From positions 1 to 64,000 of the IMG/VR virus record IMGVR_UViG_3300037246_001555: 64,000 nucleotides of DNA; one strand, 5' to 3'. Every line of letters starts with the position of its first letter. Position 1 is the first letter of the stretch. A program made the position numbers and the translations under genes. Below are positions 18,140-27,494 of this stretch, piece after piece. The notes beneath the pieces were generated by a model. The model worked only from the letters and a program-made list of their open reading frames with translations. It ran no database searches and had not been told where the DNA came from. Source of the DNA: a virus.

Positions 18140-20320
18140 ATGTCTATTAGAGAAGGAACCTTTTACGGCATTTGGCCCGTCCTTGACGGCAAGCCCCTCA
18201 ATTTGCAGTGGGGTGAGGTACGGTCAAACACCGCTGAGACCAAAGCTATTGTACGTAACTCGGTCCAAGAGCTTGAGACGGGCGTTGACGAACTCAACGC
18301 GCTTCGCGCTCTCTTGGGGCAGGCATATGGCGACCTATCCTTTCGTAACAAGTACCGCTTCTTCTATGATAGCGCAACTCAGGAGATGTGCTGTCAGAAG
18401 AATGACGGTACTGTGGATACTCCTGTGTGGACCGATGCTTGGTGCGTTCGATTCCACGACGGTCAGTTCCAAGCCGTAGGTCAAGGAGGCATACAGTCCA
18501 ACGCAGGATTCTATGGCCCCGGTCTACAGACAATTGAGGAGGTTGCTGAATCCGGTTCTTTGGCTGACAGTTCGGTTCTCAACCCCTCCAAGATCTTCTT
18601 CAGAGCATCTGACGGTCTTGAGGTAGAGAAGATTACTTCTGGAGCCAATAAAGGCCAGCCCGAGATTCGCTTCACTCAGCCTTTTGGCCGCGCTACTCAG
18701 TTCTTCAGATCAGGGAGCGTTTGGCAGGTATCCCATCTGTTTGGAGTTACCCCCGTTCTTGCTCAAGTCATGGACTCAGACGACAGAATCGTGATACCCG
18801 ATACGGCCGACGTATCTGATCCGAATACTGCGTGGTTCTACTTCAACGATACTTTTACCGGCTCTGTGTACATCGCCTCCGGCGGTGCAGGGGCGGCGGC
18901 TCTAGTCCCGCTTGATCCATTCTACCTTGTTGTCCGCACAGACGAACAGCCCACGGACGGTCATGTGCTTGATCCTAACGCGCACTTGATTTTTGATTCG
19001 CGGGATTTCTATGTGAATGTAGATCTGGACGACGCTCATGGGGGTGCGACCCCCACAGCTTTTCTTAGTCTGACGGACAACGCCCATAGCGGTGTGACCT
19101 TCACGGACGGCACTAACGAGTACATCGCCGCCCAGCTCCTAAACGTCAACGAGGACAGATTCTATCTCTCTTCAGACAAATCAGGGAAGCCAGTCCTCAA
19201 CAGTCAGTTCCGCGACACTACAGATTTCGGGGCGCATGTCCGGATGGATGATTCTCTGAATGTGGAGAACACCGTCACGGCCGAGGCGTTTTATCTGGCC
19301 CCGGGCTCCGGAGGAGAGATCAGTAAGAGAGGCAACGATCTTTTGATCAAGTCTCGTGACGGACAGGTAGTTATTGACGATGAGCTGCTTGTGGAAAATC
19401 AGGTGGTCGCCGAGGCCTTCTATGTGAAGAATGGGAATGAGCTGACCTCTCTACGGTTTAGAGAGAGCGACGGTAGCCCCTCTATTCAGAACGTACAGGA
19501 TGTCATTGTTCCTTCCAATACTTTGACTGATAACGGTGACGGTACCGTCACGCTAACAGCGGTAGCGGGCGCACTAGACATCAAGGACGAGAACAATGTG
19601 TATCTCGCGCCGAATGTCCTTACATTCGCGAACGCCTTCTTCTACTTGACCAATGATTCTAGTGGCGATCCGGTAGCGAATCTACAACCGGATGTAGCCG
19701 GCTCAGGCGCGCTAGACATCAAGGATGAGAACAATACATACACCGCTCCAAACGCTTTGACGTTTGCCAATGATTACTTTTACCTCACCAACGACTCGGT
19801 CGGTGACCCTGTGTGTAATCTACATTCCGGGTCGTTGTTTCCTCCGTCTATATTCACAGATGTAGGAACAGGAGCAAATCAGACAGTAACTGGCAGTGAG
19901 CTAGACATCGCTGATATGATAGGTTTTGAATTCCCATCCACCCCGGACGGGCATAAGACGTTTCAAATAGAGGCAATTATACCGTTCAATATGATCGCCT
20001 TCAGCGTTGGTGGAGGGGAGGCGACTGTAATTGTGACTATAAGATTGTATCTAGGGCCAAATGGAGATAAAGATGACACGGTTGTAGGCGGCCATCAGCG
20101 GTACGCTCAGGTTAACCTGGGGGGTCAAACCATCAATTCACGAGGAGAAGTAGTGTTCAACCGCCGACTGACTCCTTCTGCCGGCGATAAGTTTGGTTTC
20201 TCTGTTATAGACGACGGTGCAGTAGGTGCAGGAGGTAATAGTACTTCGTTTCTCCTCATTAAGAGTTCGTCTTCTGCCGGTATCCGCCCCTTCGTCACAG
20301 TCACTCAGACCTCGGAATAA
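18140..20320 (+). CDS. Tail fibre / receptor-binding protein
   Basis: Beta-rich. Internal repeats (ALDIKDENN.Y.APN.LTFAN..FYLTNDS.GDPV.NL twice; V.AEAFY twice) and a distinct C-terminal domain. Confidence 0.6.
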   Translation: MSIREGTFYGIWPVLDGKPLNLQWGEVRSNTAETKAIVRNSVQELETGVDELNALRALLGQAYGDLSFRNKYRFFYDSATQEMCCQKNDGTVDTPVWTDAWCVRFHDGQFQAVGQGGIQSNAGFYGPGLQTIEEVAESGSLADSSVLNPSKIFFRASDGLEVEKITSGANKGQPEIRFTQPFGRATQFFRSGSVWQVSHLFGVTPVLAQVMDSDDRIVIPDTADVSDPNTAWFYFNDTFTGSVYIASGGAGAAALVPLDPFYLVVRTDEQPTDGHVLDPNAHLIFDSRDFYVNVDLDDAHGGATPTAFLSLTDNAHSGVTFTDGTNEYIAAQLLNVNEDRFYLSSDKSGKPVLNSQFRDTTDFGAHVRMDDSLNVENTVTAEAFYLAPGSGGEISKRGNDLLIKSRDGQVVIDDELLVENQVVAEAFYVKNGNELTSLRFRESDGSPSIQNVQDVIVPSNTLTDNGDGTVTLTAVAGALDIKDENNVYLAPNVLTFANAFFYLTNDSSGDPVANLQPDVAGSGALDIKDENNTYTAPNALTFANDYFYLTNDSVGDPVCNLHSGSLFPPSIFTDVGTGANQTVTGSELDIADMIGFEFPSTPDGHKTFQIEAIIPFNMIAFSVGGGEATVIVTIRLYLGPNGDKDDTVVGGHQRYAQVNLGGQTINSRGEVVFNRRLTPSAGDKFGFSVIDDGAVGAGGNSTSFLLIKSSSSAGIRPFVTVTQTSE

Positions 20321-20356
20321 CGATTCGAGTTAATCAATTAGCTTGATCAAACAAAC

Positions 20357-20375
20357 GAACGGCATTATTTACTAG
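20357..20375 (+). promoter_or_regulatory. Conserved phage promoter-like motif, copy 4
   Basis: GAACGGCATTATTTACTAG, intergenic. Confidence 0.75.
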
Positions 20376-20391
20376 GGAAGGGAGCATCTTC

Positions 20392-20490
20392 ATGCCGACA
20401 CGACCGGGCCCCTCCAAGGCTATGAGAACTATTGTTTAGTTTGACGAGTCTGCGCTTATTTTAGGCATATACGTTACGACTGACGCTTAG
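20392..20490 (+). pseudogene. Degenerate partial duplicate of the downstream gene
   Basis: Translates MPTRPGPSKAMRTIV*FDESALILGIYVTTDA*, matching RTIIPADQSGTILGIYVACDG of ORF 20502. Confidence 0.5.
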
Positions 20491-20501
20491 AGGAGTATTT
20501 C

Positions 20502-20804
20502 ATGCCTGCTTACGTAGGAACAAAGATTACTAGGGTACTTGGCAACGACAGTGCAGATACCCGTACCATCATACCCGCCGACCAGTCTGGTACTATCCTG
20601 GGCATTTATGTTGCTTGTGACGGCGTGCTTGATATTGTGCAAGTTCAGACTGCCGCTGGCGTCGCTCTCGGTACTATCGCCTGTGGCGTAGATAGCACTG
20701 AGCAGATTGAGGTGCCGTTTTTGGTAAGTAACGGTTTGCTGGTTGTGTCTGGTGCCGGAGTAGCCACTACCTTTATTACGGTGATCTTCCGGCCGGACAC
20801 GTAA
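20502..20804 (+). CDS. Small beta-rich virion protein (paralog of 30988-31278)
   Basis: Good RBS, alternating hydrophobic pattern, similarity to ORF 30988. Confidence 0.55.
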   Translation: MPAYVGTKITRVLGNDSADTRTIIPADQSGTILGIYVACDGVLDIVQVQTAAGVALGTIACGVDSTEQIEVPFLVSNGLLVVSGAGVATTFITVIFRPDT

Positions 20805-20805
20805 G

Positions 20806-21453
20806 ATGGCTCAGACGCGCGGTGACCACGCCGTCAAAGGCGACTTCGTAGTAGGAGGCAATGGCAAGTTCGAGAAGGGTTTGGATTCCTCTTACCTTGA
20901 GATCGTTGATTCAAAGGCGTCGGGGGTGCCCGGAGGTACCTTTACGGGGCATGACCCCGGCGAAGCTGCTTGGCGAACGCGGGACTTGGTTGAGGTAATT
21001 CATGATGATTTCTCTGTTGATACGACCGTAAGCGATACGCCCGGAGCTGGTGGAGATATCACTCTGGGGAAGGGCGTTTACTACGCTGAGATTTCAACCC
21101 CGGCGTTCAATGTCAATGAGCACGTGGCTAGGTTGGCTGATGTTACCGATAATCCGGGCGCGCAAGCCAACACAGTCATTCTGGGAACTACGGAGTTCGC
21201 CGCCGATACAGCCCTATGGATTACCGGCACCGATGGCGACCAGACCGTAGGCCTACCTATCGTCGCCGGGTCGGGGCAAACACGCTCGCAGGTTACAGGC
21301 AGGTTTCAGTTGTTCTCTCAGAGGACCCTAGAGGTTCAACATCGCTGCGCCAACACCCAGGTCATTGATGGATTTGGCAGTGACGGCGCGTTCTATGAGA
21401 CCAACAATATTTTTACTATTGTGAAGATGTGGCAGGTGCGTGATGATATATAG
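20806..21453 (+). CDS. Virion protein with tail-fibre C-terminal-type domain
   Basis: GGTFT...WRTRDL motif typical of phage fibre tip domains. Confidence 0.5.
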   Translation: MAQTRGDHAVKGDFVVGGNGKFEKGLDSSYLEIVDSKASGVPGGTFTGHDPGEAAWRTRDLVEVIHDDFSVDTTVSDTPGAGGDITLGKGVYYAEISTPAFNVNEHVARLADVTDNPGAQANTVILGTTEFAADTALWITGTDGDQTVGLPIVAGSGQTRSQVTGRFQLFSQRTLEVQHRCANTQVIDGFGSDGAFYETNNIFTIVKMWQVRDDI

Positions 21454-21465
21454 GAGGAACGAGTA

Positions 21466-21747
21466 ATGAATGAACATGATACCCGGGGTGAGCTGCTCAT
21501 TCAGCGCGAAGAGCGGAAACATGAGAGATCTAAGGCGAAAGCCGTGGCTTTGGAAGAGACTATGAAAAAGACCATAGCCGCTCAGCTCAAGAATGTGGAC
21601 GTGAAGAGATCTCTTGCTCCTGATGTAATGGCGGCTACAAGCAATCCAAGTCGCCGAGACGAGCTGTTGGATAAGGCGATAGACGGCAAGTATCAGGATG
21701 ACGGGGAAGTCTTTACGGGCTGGGAGGATAAACCGTGGGAGCGGTAA
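21466..21747 (+). CDS. Hypothetical protein
   Basis: ORF preceded by AGGAGG in operon context. Confidence 0.55.
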   Translation: MNEHDTRGELLIQREERKHERSKAKAVALEETMKKTIAAQLKNVDVKRSLAPDVMAATSNPSRRDELLDKAIDGKYQDDGEVFTGWEDKPWER

Positions 21748-21762
21748 CGCAGGAGGCAGCTA

Positions 21763-22167
21763 ATGTCGTGGGGAGATAGTAAGCGAGATCTGATTGTTGC
21801 AGAGAACGCAGCGGCGCAGCGCGAGATTGAACTATTGCGCGAGCAGATTACAGACCTCCGCACCGACCGGACGGAGCTGAAGCAGCAGCTAATGGCGACA
21901 CAGGAGGCCCTTATAGCTAAGGAATCGCCTGAAGCGTATCGAGATCAGAAGTACGCTGAGGATCAGGCTAACCAAGAAGAAGTACCGAACACCCAGAATG
22001 AGGCACTTAGATTGCAGGCTAAACGTGCTGATATCACTCAACAGTGGATGTCCGAAGTTGAGTCTCCTTTGTTCAAAGATGCTGATGACATGATTCAGAT
22101 GCTAATCCCCGCCCTAGGTGTGCCAATGGGGGAGTCTCCTTCCTTACACAATAATGACGAGTCCTAG
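21763..22167 (+). CDS. Coiled-coil protein upstream of portal
   Basis: AGGAGG RBS, heptad-rich sequence. Confidence 0.55.
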   Translation: MSWGDSKRDLIVAENAAAQREIELLREQITDLRTDRTELKQQLMATQEALIAKESPEAYRDQKYAEDQANQEEVPNTQNEALRLQAKRADITQQWMSEVESPLFKDADDMIQMLIPALGVPMGESPSLHNNDES

Positions 22168-22177
22168 GGTATAGACG

Positions 22178-24391
22178 GTGAGTACAAGTATCGACTATCG
22201 TAAAAACATCAAGAAGGGTCAGCTCCATCAGATTGATGAGCTGGCTGCTGGTGACGATAAGCTTGGCGGTGCTATTAAAGAGTACGCCGACACTGTGAAC
22301 TCCAACAAGCAGAGCCTGCACTGGCAGCGCTCCGTCCGTTGGATTGAGAATATCTTCTTTACGGCAGGACGTCAGTATGTTGATGATATCCTTGTTTCGC
22401 GTCTAACGAATAACAGTGACTCCTCAGTAGGCGATCTGTCCGTTATTCAAGAAACGACTAAGAATATTCCGAAGCCTACAAACGATCTACTTGGGCGGTA
22501 CATCGAGACTAACATCGCTCTTTTGACTGAGAATCGACCGCGCCCTAGGGTGACTCCGAAGTCGGACAAGGATGAGGATCAAACCGCCGCGGAGCTGTCT
22601 GAGCTGGTGCTAGAGCATTTGTGGGAAGCACTTAAAATGCCCGCTAAGATGCGGGAGACAGCTCGAATGGTGCTGCATACCGGTGTTAGTCTGATTGAAG
22701 TGGCTTGGGACCCCACCGCTCCTAGGCGTATCCAAATCGGAAAAACAAAACAGGAGATTGAGGTAACCCTACCAGAAGGATCTCAGCCAGAAGCTATGGC
22801 TGTTGAGCGAGATGTACCCGTACTAGATGATGAGACGGGGCTGCAAGTCATGGAGGACGAGGTCGAATACGGAGACCTCAGGGCCAACATCGTGACCTCG
22901 TTCCAGTTCCACACCCCAGCGACTCACTTCTGGGAGGATTTGGGCTGGACTCTAAAGGAAGAGTTCGTTGCGATTGACAAGTTGCGTGACAAGTATCTGG
23001 CTCCTCCGAAGCAATCAGCAGGACTGACCAAGGAGAAGGGCTGGGATCTTAACGCGCTGGATAATCTGAAGGAAGAGAATGTCACCTCTCTGTCTCTGTG
23101 GTGGTGGGAGCGAATCTCAGAGTTGGTTGAGGGACCGGGTCCTAGTCTGTATATCGGTTCACCTGATTACTGGGAAGGTCATGTGATTGTCCGGACCTTT
23201 GACAGGGCGCCCTCGAAGATGTGGCCCAGAGGTCGTACCATAATCTCTATTGGAGATGCGGTTCTTTACGACTCCCCGAAGAAGATCGGGGCCAGGGCTT
23301 ACGATCCACGATGGCCTGACCGCTGGCATCCCTATGTACGGTACCGTTGGGAGGGCCAGACAGGCAGTATTCACGGGCGCAGTCTAGTATCGAAGCTGCT
23401 GCCGAAGATCAAGCGCGTTAACGCCATTGACACCACCTTGATTATGTGGCGTCACACGGTGCCCATCGCGACCTGGGTGGCTCCTAAGGGCTCGATGCCA
23501 GTGGAAGATCTATGGACAGGTCGCCCAGGCATGATTTGGGAGTACGATCCACGCCGGACCGCGGGCGCTGCACCGGAGCCTGTCTATCCGCCTCCGTATC
23601 CCACGGCTGCACTAACAGAGCGTGAGACTCAGATATCTGAGATGGAGGCCATTGCCGGCACGGAGCAGGTTCTACGTGGCGAGCGCCCGATCGGCGTAAA
23701 CAGTGCTGCCATGATTGACATTCTACGGAAGCAGGCGCTAGCTAGTCGTTCGGCCACGCTTCAAGAATGGGACGAGTCGCATCAGGAGCTTGGAGAGCTG
23801 ATGCTTCAGACCACTATTCGATACGTTAAGAAAGACCCTCGGTACCTTGAGCGCATTCGTATTCTGGCTCGCGAGAAGCACAGCCGGGTCTCGATTGAGC
23901 AATTCTCAGGCGAAGATCTGGCGGACAACGTTATGGTGCGGGTGGACACGGCTAGCTTGGCTTTGGTGTCCAAGGAAGCCCGCGAGGCTAAAATGATCGA
24001 GGTACTACAGTACCTCCCCAACATTCAGGCTATAGAGGATATTGGCCTACGCCAGGCCATCCTTGATGAGATTGGTCTGAAGAAGGCGCTCATGCCCAGT
24101 GGTCCTGATGTGAACAGAGCGAAGAAGATGGTCTCTCTAATTAAGCAGGGACGATTCGATAGAGTCACCTACATGCCAGAAGACGACCCGTATATTTTCA
24201 AGGCTTTGCTGGTAAACGAATCGAAGAGCGATGGCTTTATTGATCTGCCGCAAGATCAGCAGCAAGCGCTTACTCAGTCCATCGACCTCTATGACCGACA
24301 AATCAAGCTGCGTGAAATGCAACAGCAGCAAATGATGCTCGCCCAAATGGAAATGCAAGCCTCCATGCAAGGCGGCGGGCAACAGGAGTAG
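22178..24391 (+). CDS. Portal protein (P22-like)
   Basis: 737 aa. N.L..YIET.IA.L..NRPRPRVTP...ED..AAE signature, Q-rich C-terminus, located upstream of scaffold and capsid genes. Confidence 0.8.
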   Translation: MSTSIDYRKNIKKGQLHQIDELAAGDDKLGGAIKEYADTVNSNKQSLHWQRSVRWIENIFFTAGRQYVDDILVSRLTNNSDSSVGDLSVIQETTKNIPKPTNDLLGRYIETNIALLTENRPRPRVTPKSDKDEDQTAAELSELVLEHLWEALKMPAKMRETARMVLHTGVSLIEVAWDPTAPRRIQIGKTKQEIEVTLPEGSQPEAMAVERDVPVLDDETGLQVMEDEVEYGDLRANIVTSFQFHTPATHFWEDLGWTLKEEFVAIDKLRDKYLAPPKQSAGLTKEKGWDLNALDNLKEENVTSLSLWWWERISELVEGPGPSLYIGSPDYWEGHVIVRTFDRAPSKMWPRGRTIISIGDAVLYDSPKKIGARAYDPRWPDRWHPYVRYRWEGQTGSIHGRSLVSKLLPKIKRVNAIDTTLIMWRHTVPIATWVAPKGSMPVEDLWTGRPGMIWEYDPRRTAGAAPEPVYPPPYPTAALTERETQISEMEAIAGTEQVLRGERPIGVNSAAMIDILRKQALASRSATLQEWDESHQELGELMLQTTIRYVKKDPRYLERIRILAREKHSRVSIEQFSGEDLADNVMVRVDTASLALVSKEAREAKMIEVLQYLPNIQAIEDIGLRQAILDEIGLKKALMPSGPDVNRAKKMVSLIKQGRFDRVTYMPEDDPYIFKALLVNESKSDGFIDLPQDQQQALTQSIDLYDRQIKLREMQQQQMMLAQMEMQASMQGGGQQE

Positions 24392-24394
24392 ACA

Positions 24395-25345
24395 ATGGCA
24401 ACAACAGCAGGACGATACGGTCGAGGCGAAGTAGCCAAAGCAAAGAAAAAGGGGCGTAGTGATACGGGCTCTGCTTACGAGTACGGCGGATCGCGAGCCG
24501 CGACTTCATATTTGCGAGGAGACGAAGGCAGTGCGTACCAGCAAGCGTTGGACGTACTGGGTTCTACCCCCTCGATGAAGAAGTCTGGGAAGCTTAGAAA
24601 AGGTGGCACTACCGCAATAAAGCATCAGGACGCTATCCAACGGGCGTCGCGACTTCGTGACGTGGCTTCGAATCGCGCACTGGGGGCGTTTGAAAGGGCT
24701 AGCACCCAGCATTCTAAACCTTGGCTTCAGCGAGCCTCTGAGGGGCTAATCAGTGGCCGCTCTGCGCGTCATTCTCTAGCGAACTTGCAGCAATTCGGAG
24801 GTGAGGGCGTTCGTCATACGGGTCGTACCTCCCGTCGCGCTGCGCTAATGGGCGAGCATGAGTTTGAAGGTCTTGGTATCGAACAAGCCCGCCAGACACG
24901 CGGAAAACTGCGCTCCCTGGCGCAGGGTAATTTTGATCCCTCCCTTATCGGCGACCCCGGTGTCAGGGAAGAAATAGCCCTAGGCAGACCCCAGGGTAGT
25001 ATAGGTATGGAGTACGGTCCGGGCCGTGCTGGCGGGCGAACCGCTGAGTGGCGCGGCGGCGCAGGCACCACGGATATATCTGATGCTGAACGGGCCTATT
25101 CTGGTCTTGCCGGAGGCGCACGGCAGGAGTACCAGTACGACGTCGCGCCGCCCCCTCCTGCAAGCGCGGCTAGGAACCGATGGGGCGGCGTCGGAAGTGG
25201 CTTTGTAGCCGCCCCCGAGAGCGTCAATTATGGGCGCGTGTCAGGTCTTTCAACTATGGATCGCTATGGTCGGACCCCGGAAGAGCAGGATATCTATGAG
25301 GCAGGTAAGAAAAAGAAGGGGAAGGGACCCTTCGGTCTCTTCTAA
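24395..25345 (+). CDS. Gly/Arg/Ala-rich low-complexity protein, possible virion core protein
   Basis: Composition and position after portal. Confidence 0.5.
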   Translation: MATTAGRYGRGEVAKAKKKGRSDTGSAYEYGGSRAATSYLRGDEGSAYQQALDVLGSTPSMKKSGKLRKGGTTAIKHQDAIQRASRLRDVASNRALGAFERASTQHSKPWLQRASEGLISGRSARHSLANLQQFGGEGVRHTGRTSRRAALMGEHEFEGLGIEQARQTRGKLRSLAQGNFDPSLIGDPGVREEIALGRPQGSIGMEYGPGRAGGRTAEWRGGAGTTDISDAERAYSGLAGGARQEYQYDVAPPPPASAARNRWGGVGSGFVAAPESVNYGRVSGLSTMDRYGRTPEEQDIYEAGKKKKGKGPFGLF

Positions 25346-25355
25346 GGATTGAAGT

Positions 25356-25517
25356 ATGCCTGCTGTATCTCAAGCGCAGCACAGCTTCATGCAAATGTGT
25401 GCTTCACAGAAGAGCCGCGCTAAGGCACACGGTAAGTGTCCTCCGCGGCCTATAGCTAGGAAGTTTGCTAAGCTAAAGCTGTCGGCGAAGGCGAAAAGTA
25501 GGGCTTTTGATGCCTGA
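25356..25517 (+). CDS. Small basic protein (MPAVSQAQ..FM type), not in ORF track
   Basis: 53-aa ORF MPAVSQAQHSFMQMCASQKSRAKAHGKCPP..., an N-terminal motif common in small phage proteins. Confidence 0.55.
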   Translation: MPAVSQAQHSFMQMCASQKSRAKAHGKCPPRPIARKFAKLKLSAKAKSRAFDA

Positions 25518-26034
25518 CAAGAAAGTATCAACTAAGGGTCTATTGCTGGGTCTTGGAGCAGCAGGAACCGCAGCAGCCGGTACAGCGGCTCTCGAAGGGC
25601 GTCTTGCTGAAAGGGCTAGACGCGAAGCCGCGAAGTCTCAATCAAATACGGTTGTAAAGCGGCAGCTCGACCGCCGCACTCGCCAGAAGAAAGTAGCCTC
25701 GGAGTTTCGACTCTCTGAGACTAAGCTCAAAGAGCACCCCGGAAGGAAGTGGGCCACCAAGTCACTGAATGAGAATCCGAATGAGTTTCGAATCCAGACC
25801 CAAAATCAGAGGCTAGCCCGCCGCGCAGCAAAGGCAGCCGGTAGAAGCATGGGCGCTTTTGGGTTGATGGTTGGAGCTGCCGGAGCTGTTTCTGATATAC
25901 GCCGTATTGATCGAGAAGGAGGGCTTTGGGCCAATCGTTTTGGGAAGTTTGTGGAGAAGTTGACTGGCATGCCTCAAGGCTCTTCGGGCCGAGGAATGAC
26001 AGACGCGGAGAGTAGAGCTGCAAACTCATTGTAG
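25507..26034 (+). CDS. Basic hypothetical protein
   Basis: Lys/Arg/Ala-rich ORF with Gly/Ala hydrophobic stretches. Confidence 0.5.
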   Translation: MMPDKKVSTKGLLLGLGAAGTAAAGTAALEGRLAERARREAAKSQSNTVVKRQLDRRTRQKKVASEFRLSETKLKEHPGRKWATKSLNENPNEFRIQTQNQRLARRAAKAAGRSMGAFGLMVGAAGAVSDIRRIDREGGLWANRFGKFVEKLTGMPQGSSGRGMTDAESRAANSL

Positions 26035-26043
26035 GGAGGTAGA

Positions 26044-26427
26044 ATGAACGAAGATAAGATCATTGTGTTTCTGGACGACGACCCTAGTCGAGCGGCGCTT
26101 CAGTTTCAGCGAATGAACAAGCAAGATCAGGAACGAACTTTCTGGGTTAAGACAGTCCCCGAAATGCTGGATATGCTCAAGAACTACAGAGCACGGCTGG
26201 ACATTGTTTCGCTGGGCTATAACTTGAATGGCGGAGAATGTCCGGCCCATCCAGCTAGTGAGGACTGCGGGCTGGAAGTGGTAAGGTGGCTGGAAAAGCA
26301 ACCCTCAGAACTGTATTCTCACGTACGCTTTATTGTTCATACGTGGAACCCAGTAGCTGGCGTAAAGATGGCTACACGACTTAGGGGACAAGGTTACAAG
26401 GTGATCCGAGTACCGTTCGGATCGTAG
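26044..26427 (+). CDS. Cyclic-phosphate-processing receiver-like (cREC) domain protein with degenerate motif
   Basis: VFLDDD, LDIVSLGYNL (family usually SLDHDL), GLEVVRWL, IVHTWNPVAG..M. Confidence 0.65.
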   Translation: MNEDKIIVFLDDDPSRAALQFQRMNKQDQERTFWVKTVPEMLDMLKNYRARLDIVSLGYNLNGGECPAHPASEDCGLEVVRWLEKQPSELYSHVRFIVHTWNPVAGVKMATRLRGQGYKVIRVPFGS

Positions 26428-26436
26428 GAGAATATA

Positions 26437-26754
26437 ATGGCTGAGGCTGAAAAGAAGAAGCGGACGATTCTCATGTCTGAGGACCCGTCAGAGGTAACCC
26501 CTCCGTCGGTTAGGACTCGAACGCGAGAAATTGCCTCTTCCATGCGAAGGTATATTCGTCCTAGAGGGGTCGGTTTCGGAGGGACCATAGGCAAGCTCTC
26601 TCGTAAAAATGGGGGGGATATCAAGGCCAAATGGAAGGTCGGCATCATGAAGGGTTTGGCTAGTAAAGGTATTCGAGGCAACGCTAGAGGCCCTGGGGGC
26701 GGGCGCCTTCGTGGCAAGTCCGGTCCCGGATTCCGCTTTAAGATTAGTTTCTAA
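26437..26754 (+). CDS. Highly basic Arg/Lys/Gly-rich protein
   Basis: Composition; AGGAG RBS. Confidence 0.5.
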   Translation: MAEAEKKKRTILMSEDPSEVTPPSVRTRTREIASSMRRYIRPRGVGFGGTIGKLSRKNGGDIKAKWKVGIMKGLASKGIRGNARGPGGGRLRGKSGPGFRFKISF

Positions 26755-26768
26755 GGAGAGTCTAAACA

Positions 26769-26990
26769 ATGAACCCTATGGAAGTACTCGCGCCTAATTA
26801 CTTGGGCGACATGATGGAGAATCTTGGCGTGGGCGAGCTTGTCAGGAACCGAGGACTTGGAGTCGCTGAGGTAAGCCCTGATGCGATGAAAGATCGAGAG
26901 ATCCGTAACAACCCCGCTGTCGAACGAGACCGGATGCGGACCGCTAAGGCCCGTGAGTTTGGAATGACCAAAGAGACCGTAGGGTTCTAA
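26769..26990 (+). CDS. Hypothetical protein
   Basis: AAGGAG RBS, operon context. Confidence 0.5.
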   Translation: MNPMEVLAPNYLGDMMENLGVGELVRNRGLGVAEVSPDAMKDREIRNNPAVERDRMRTAKAREFGMTKETVGF

Positions 26991-27001
26991 AGGAGTTTGA
27001 C

Positions 27002-27256
27002 ATGTCTGATAAGAAAGCGTCGTTGAAGAGGAAAGCCTCCGTCCGGAGTCTATTCGACCTCAGCGACATCCCCACTGTGACGATCCAGCGTGAGCCTGTA
27101 CACGTATCTCCGGCTAAAGTAACCGAGCAGGTCATTAGGCTTGATCCTAAGATCAAGAACCGAGGCGGTACGATTGGCGCTGTCGTAGGTAAACCCAAGC
27201 CTCAACGCTATATGGGCCCCAACATAACTAGGTCCCGTAGAAGCACCGGCCGCTAA
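27002..27256 (+). CDS. Basic hypothetical protein
   Basis: AAGGAG RBS, Lys/Arg-rich. Confidence 0.5.
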   Translation: MSDKKASLKRKASVRSLFDLSDIPTVTIQREPVHVSPAKVTEQVIRLDPKIKNRGGTIGAVVGKPKPQRYMGPNITRSRRSTGR

Positions 27257-27493
27257 TTGTCTACTATTTTCAACAAAGGAGAAAACGTAATGCGTTCCGC
27301 ATTTATCACTCTACTTCTAATGGTGAGCCTCAGCTTTGGCTGTGCGCTCTACCCCATGCTGCTTGACGTAGGGAAGGACGCTTGCGATTCTGCCCTTGAG
27401 GGCTCCAAGGCTTCCGCACTCTGCGATAAGATTGAGGAGCTGAAGGCAGAAGCCGAAGCCGATCTGGCCGCCAAAGAGGCAGAGTCCGAGTAA
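27257..27493 (+). CDS. Putative lipoprotein/membrane protein (likely start ATG 27290)
   Basis: MRSAFITLLLMVSLSFGC lipobox-like signal peptide after AAGGAG. Confidence 0.5.
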   Translation: MSTIFNKGENVMRSAFITLLLMVSLSFGCALYPMLLDVGKDACDSALEGSKASALCDKIEELKAEAEADLAAKEAESE

Positions 27494-27494
27494 G

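Noticed and set aside
18137-18142. Stop-codon recoding or TAG readthrough, suggested by in-frame TAG-ATG junctions (18139/18140, 24391/24395, 42151/42155) and a phage release factor
   Set aside because: Conserved genes are full-length in the standard code, abutting junctions also occur with TAA and TGA, TAG often forms part of the next RBS, and no suppressor tRNA is visible.
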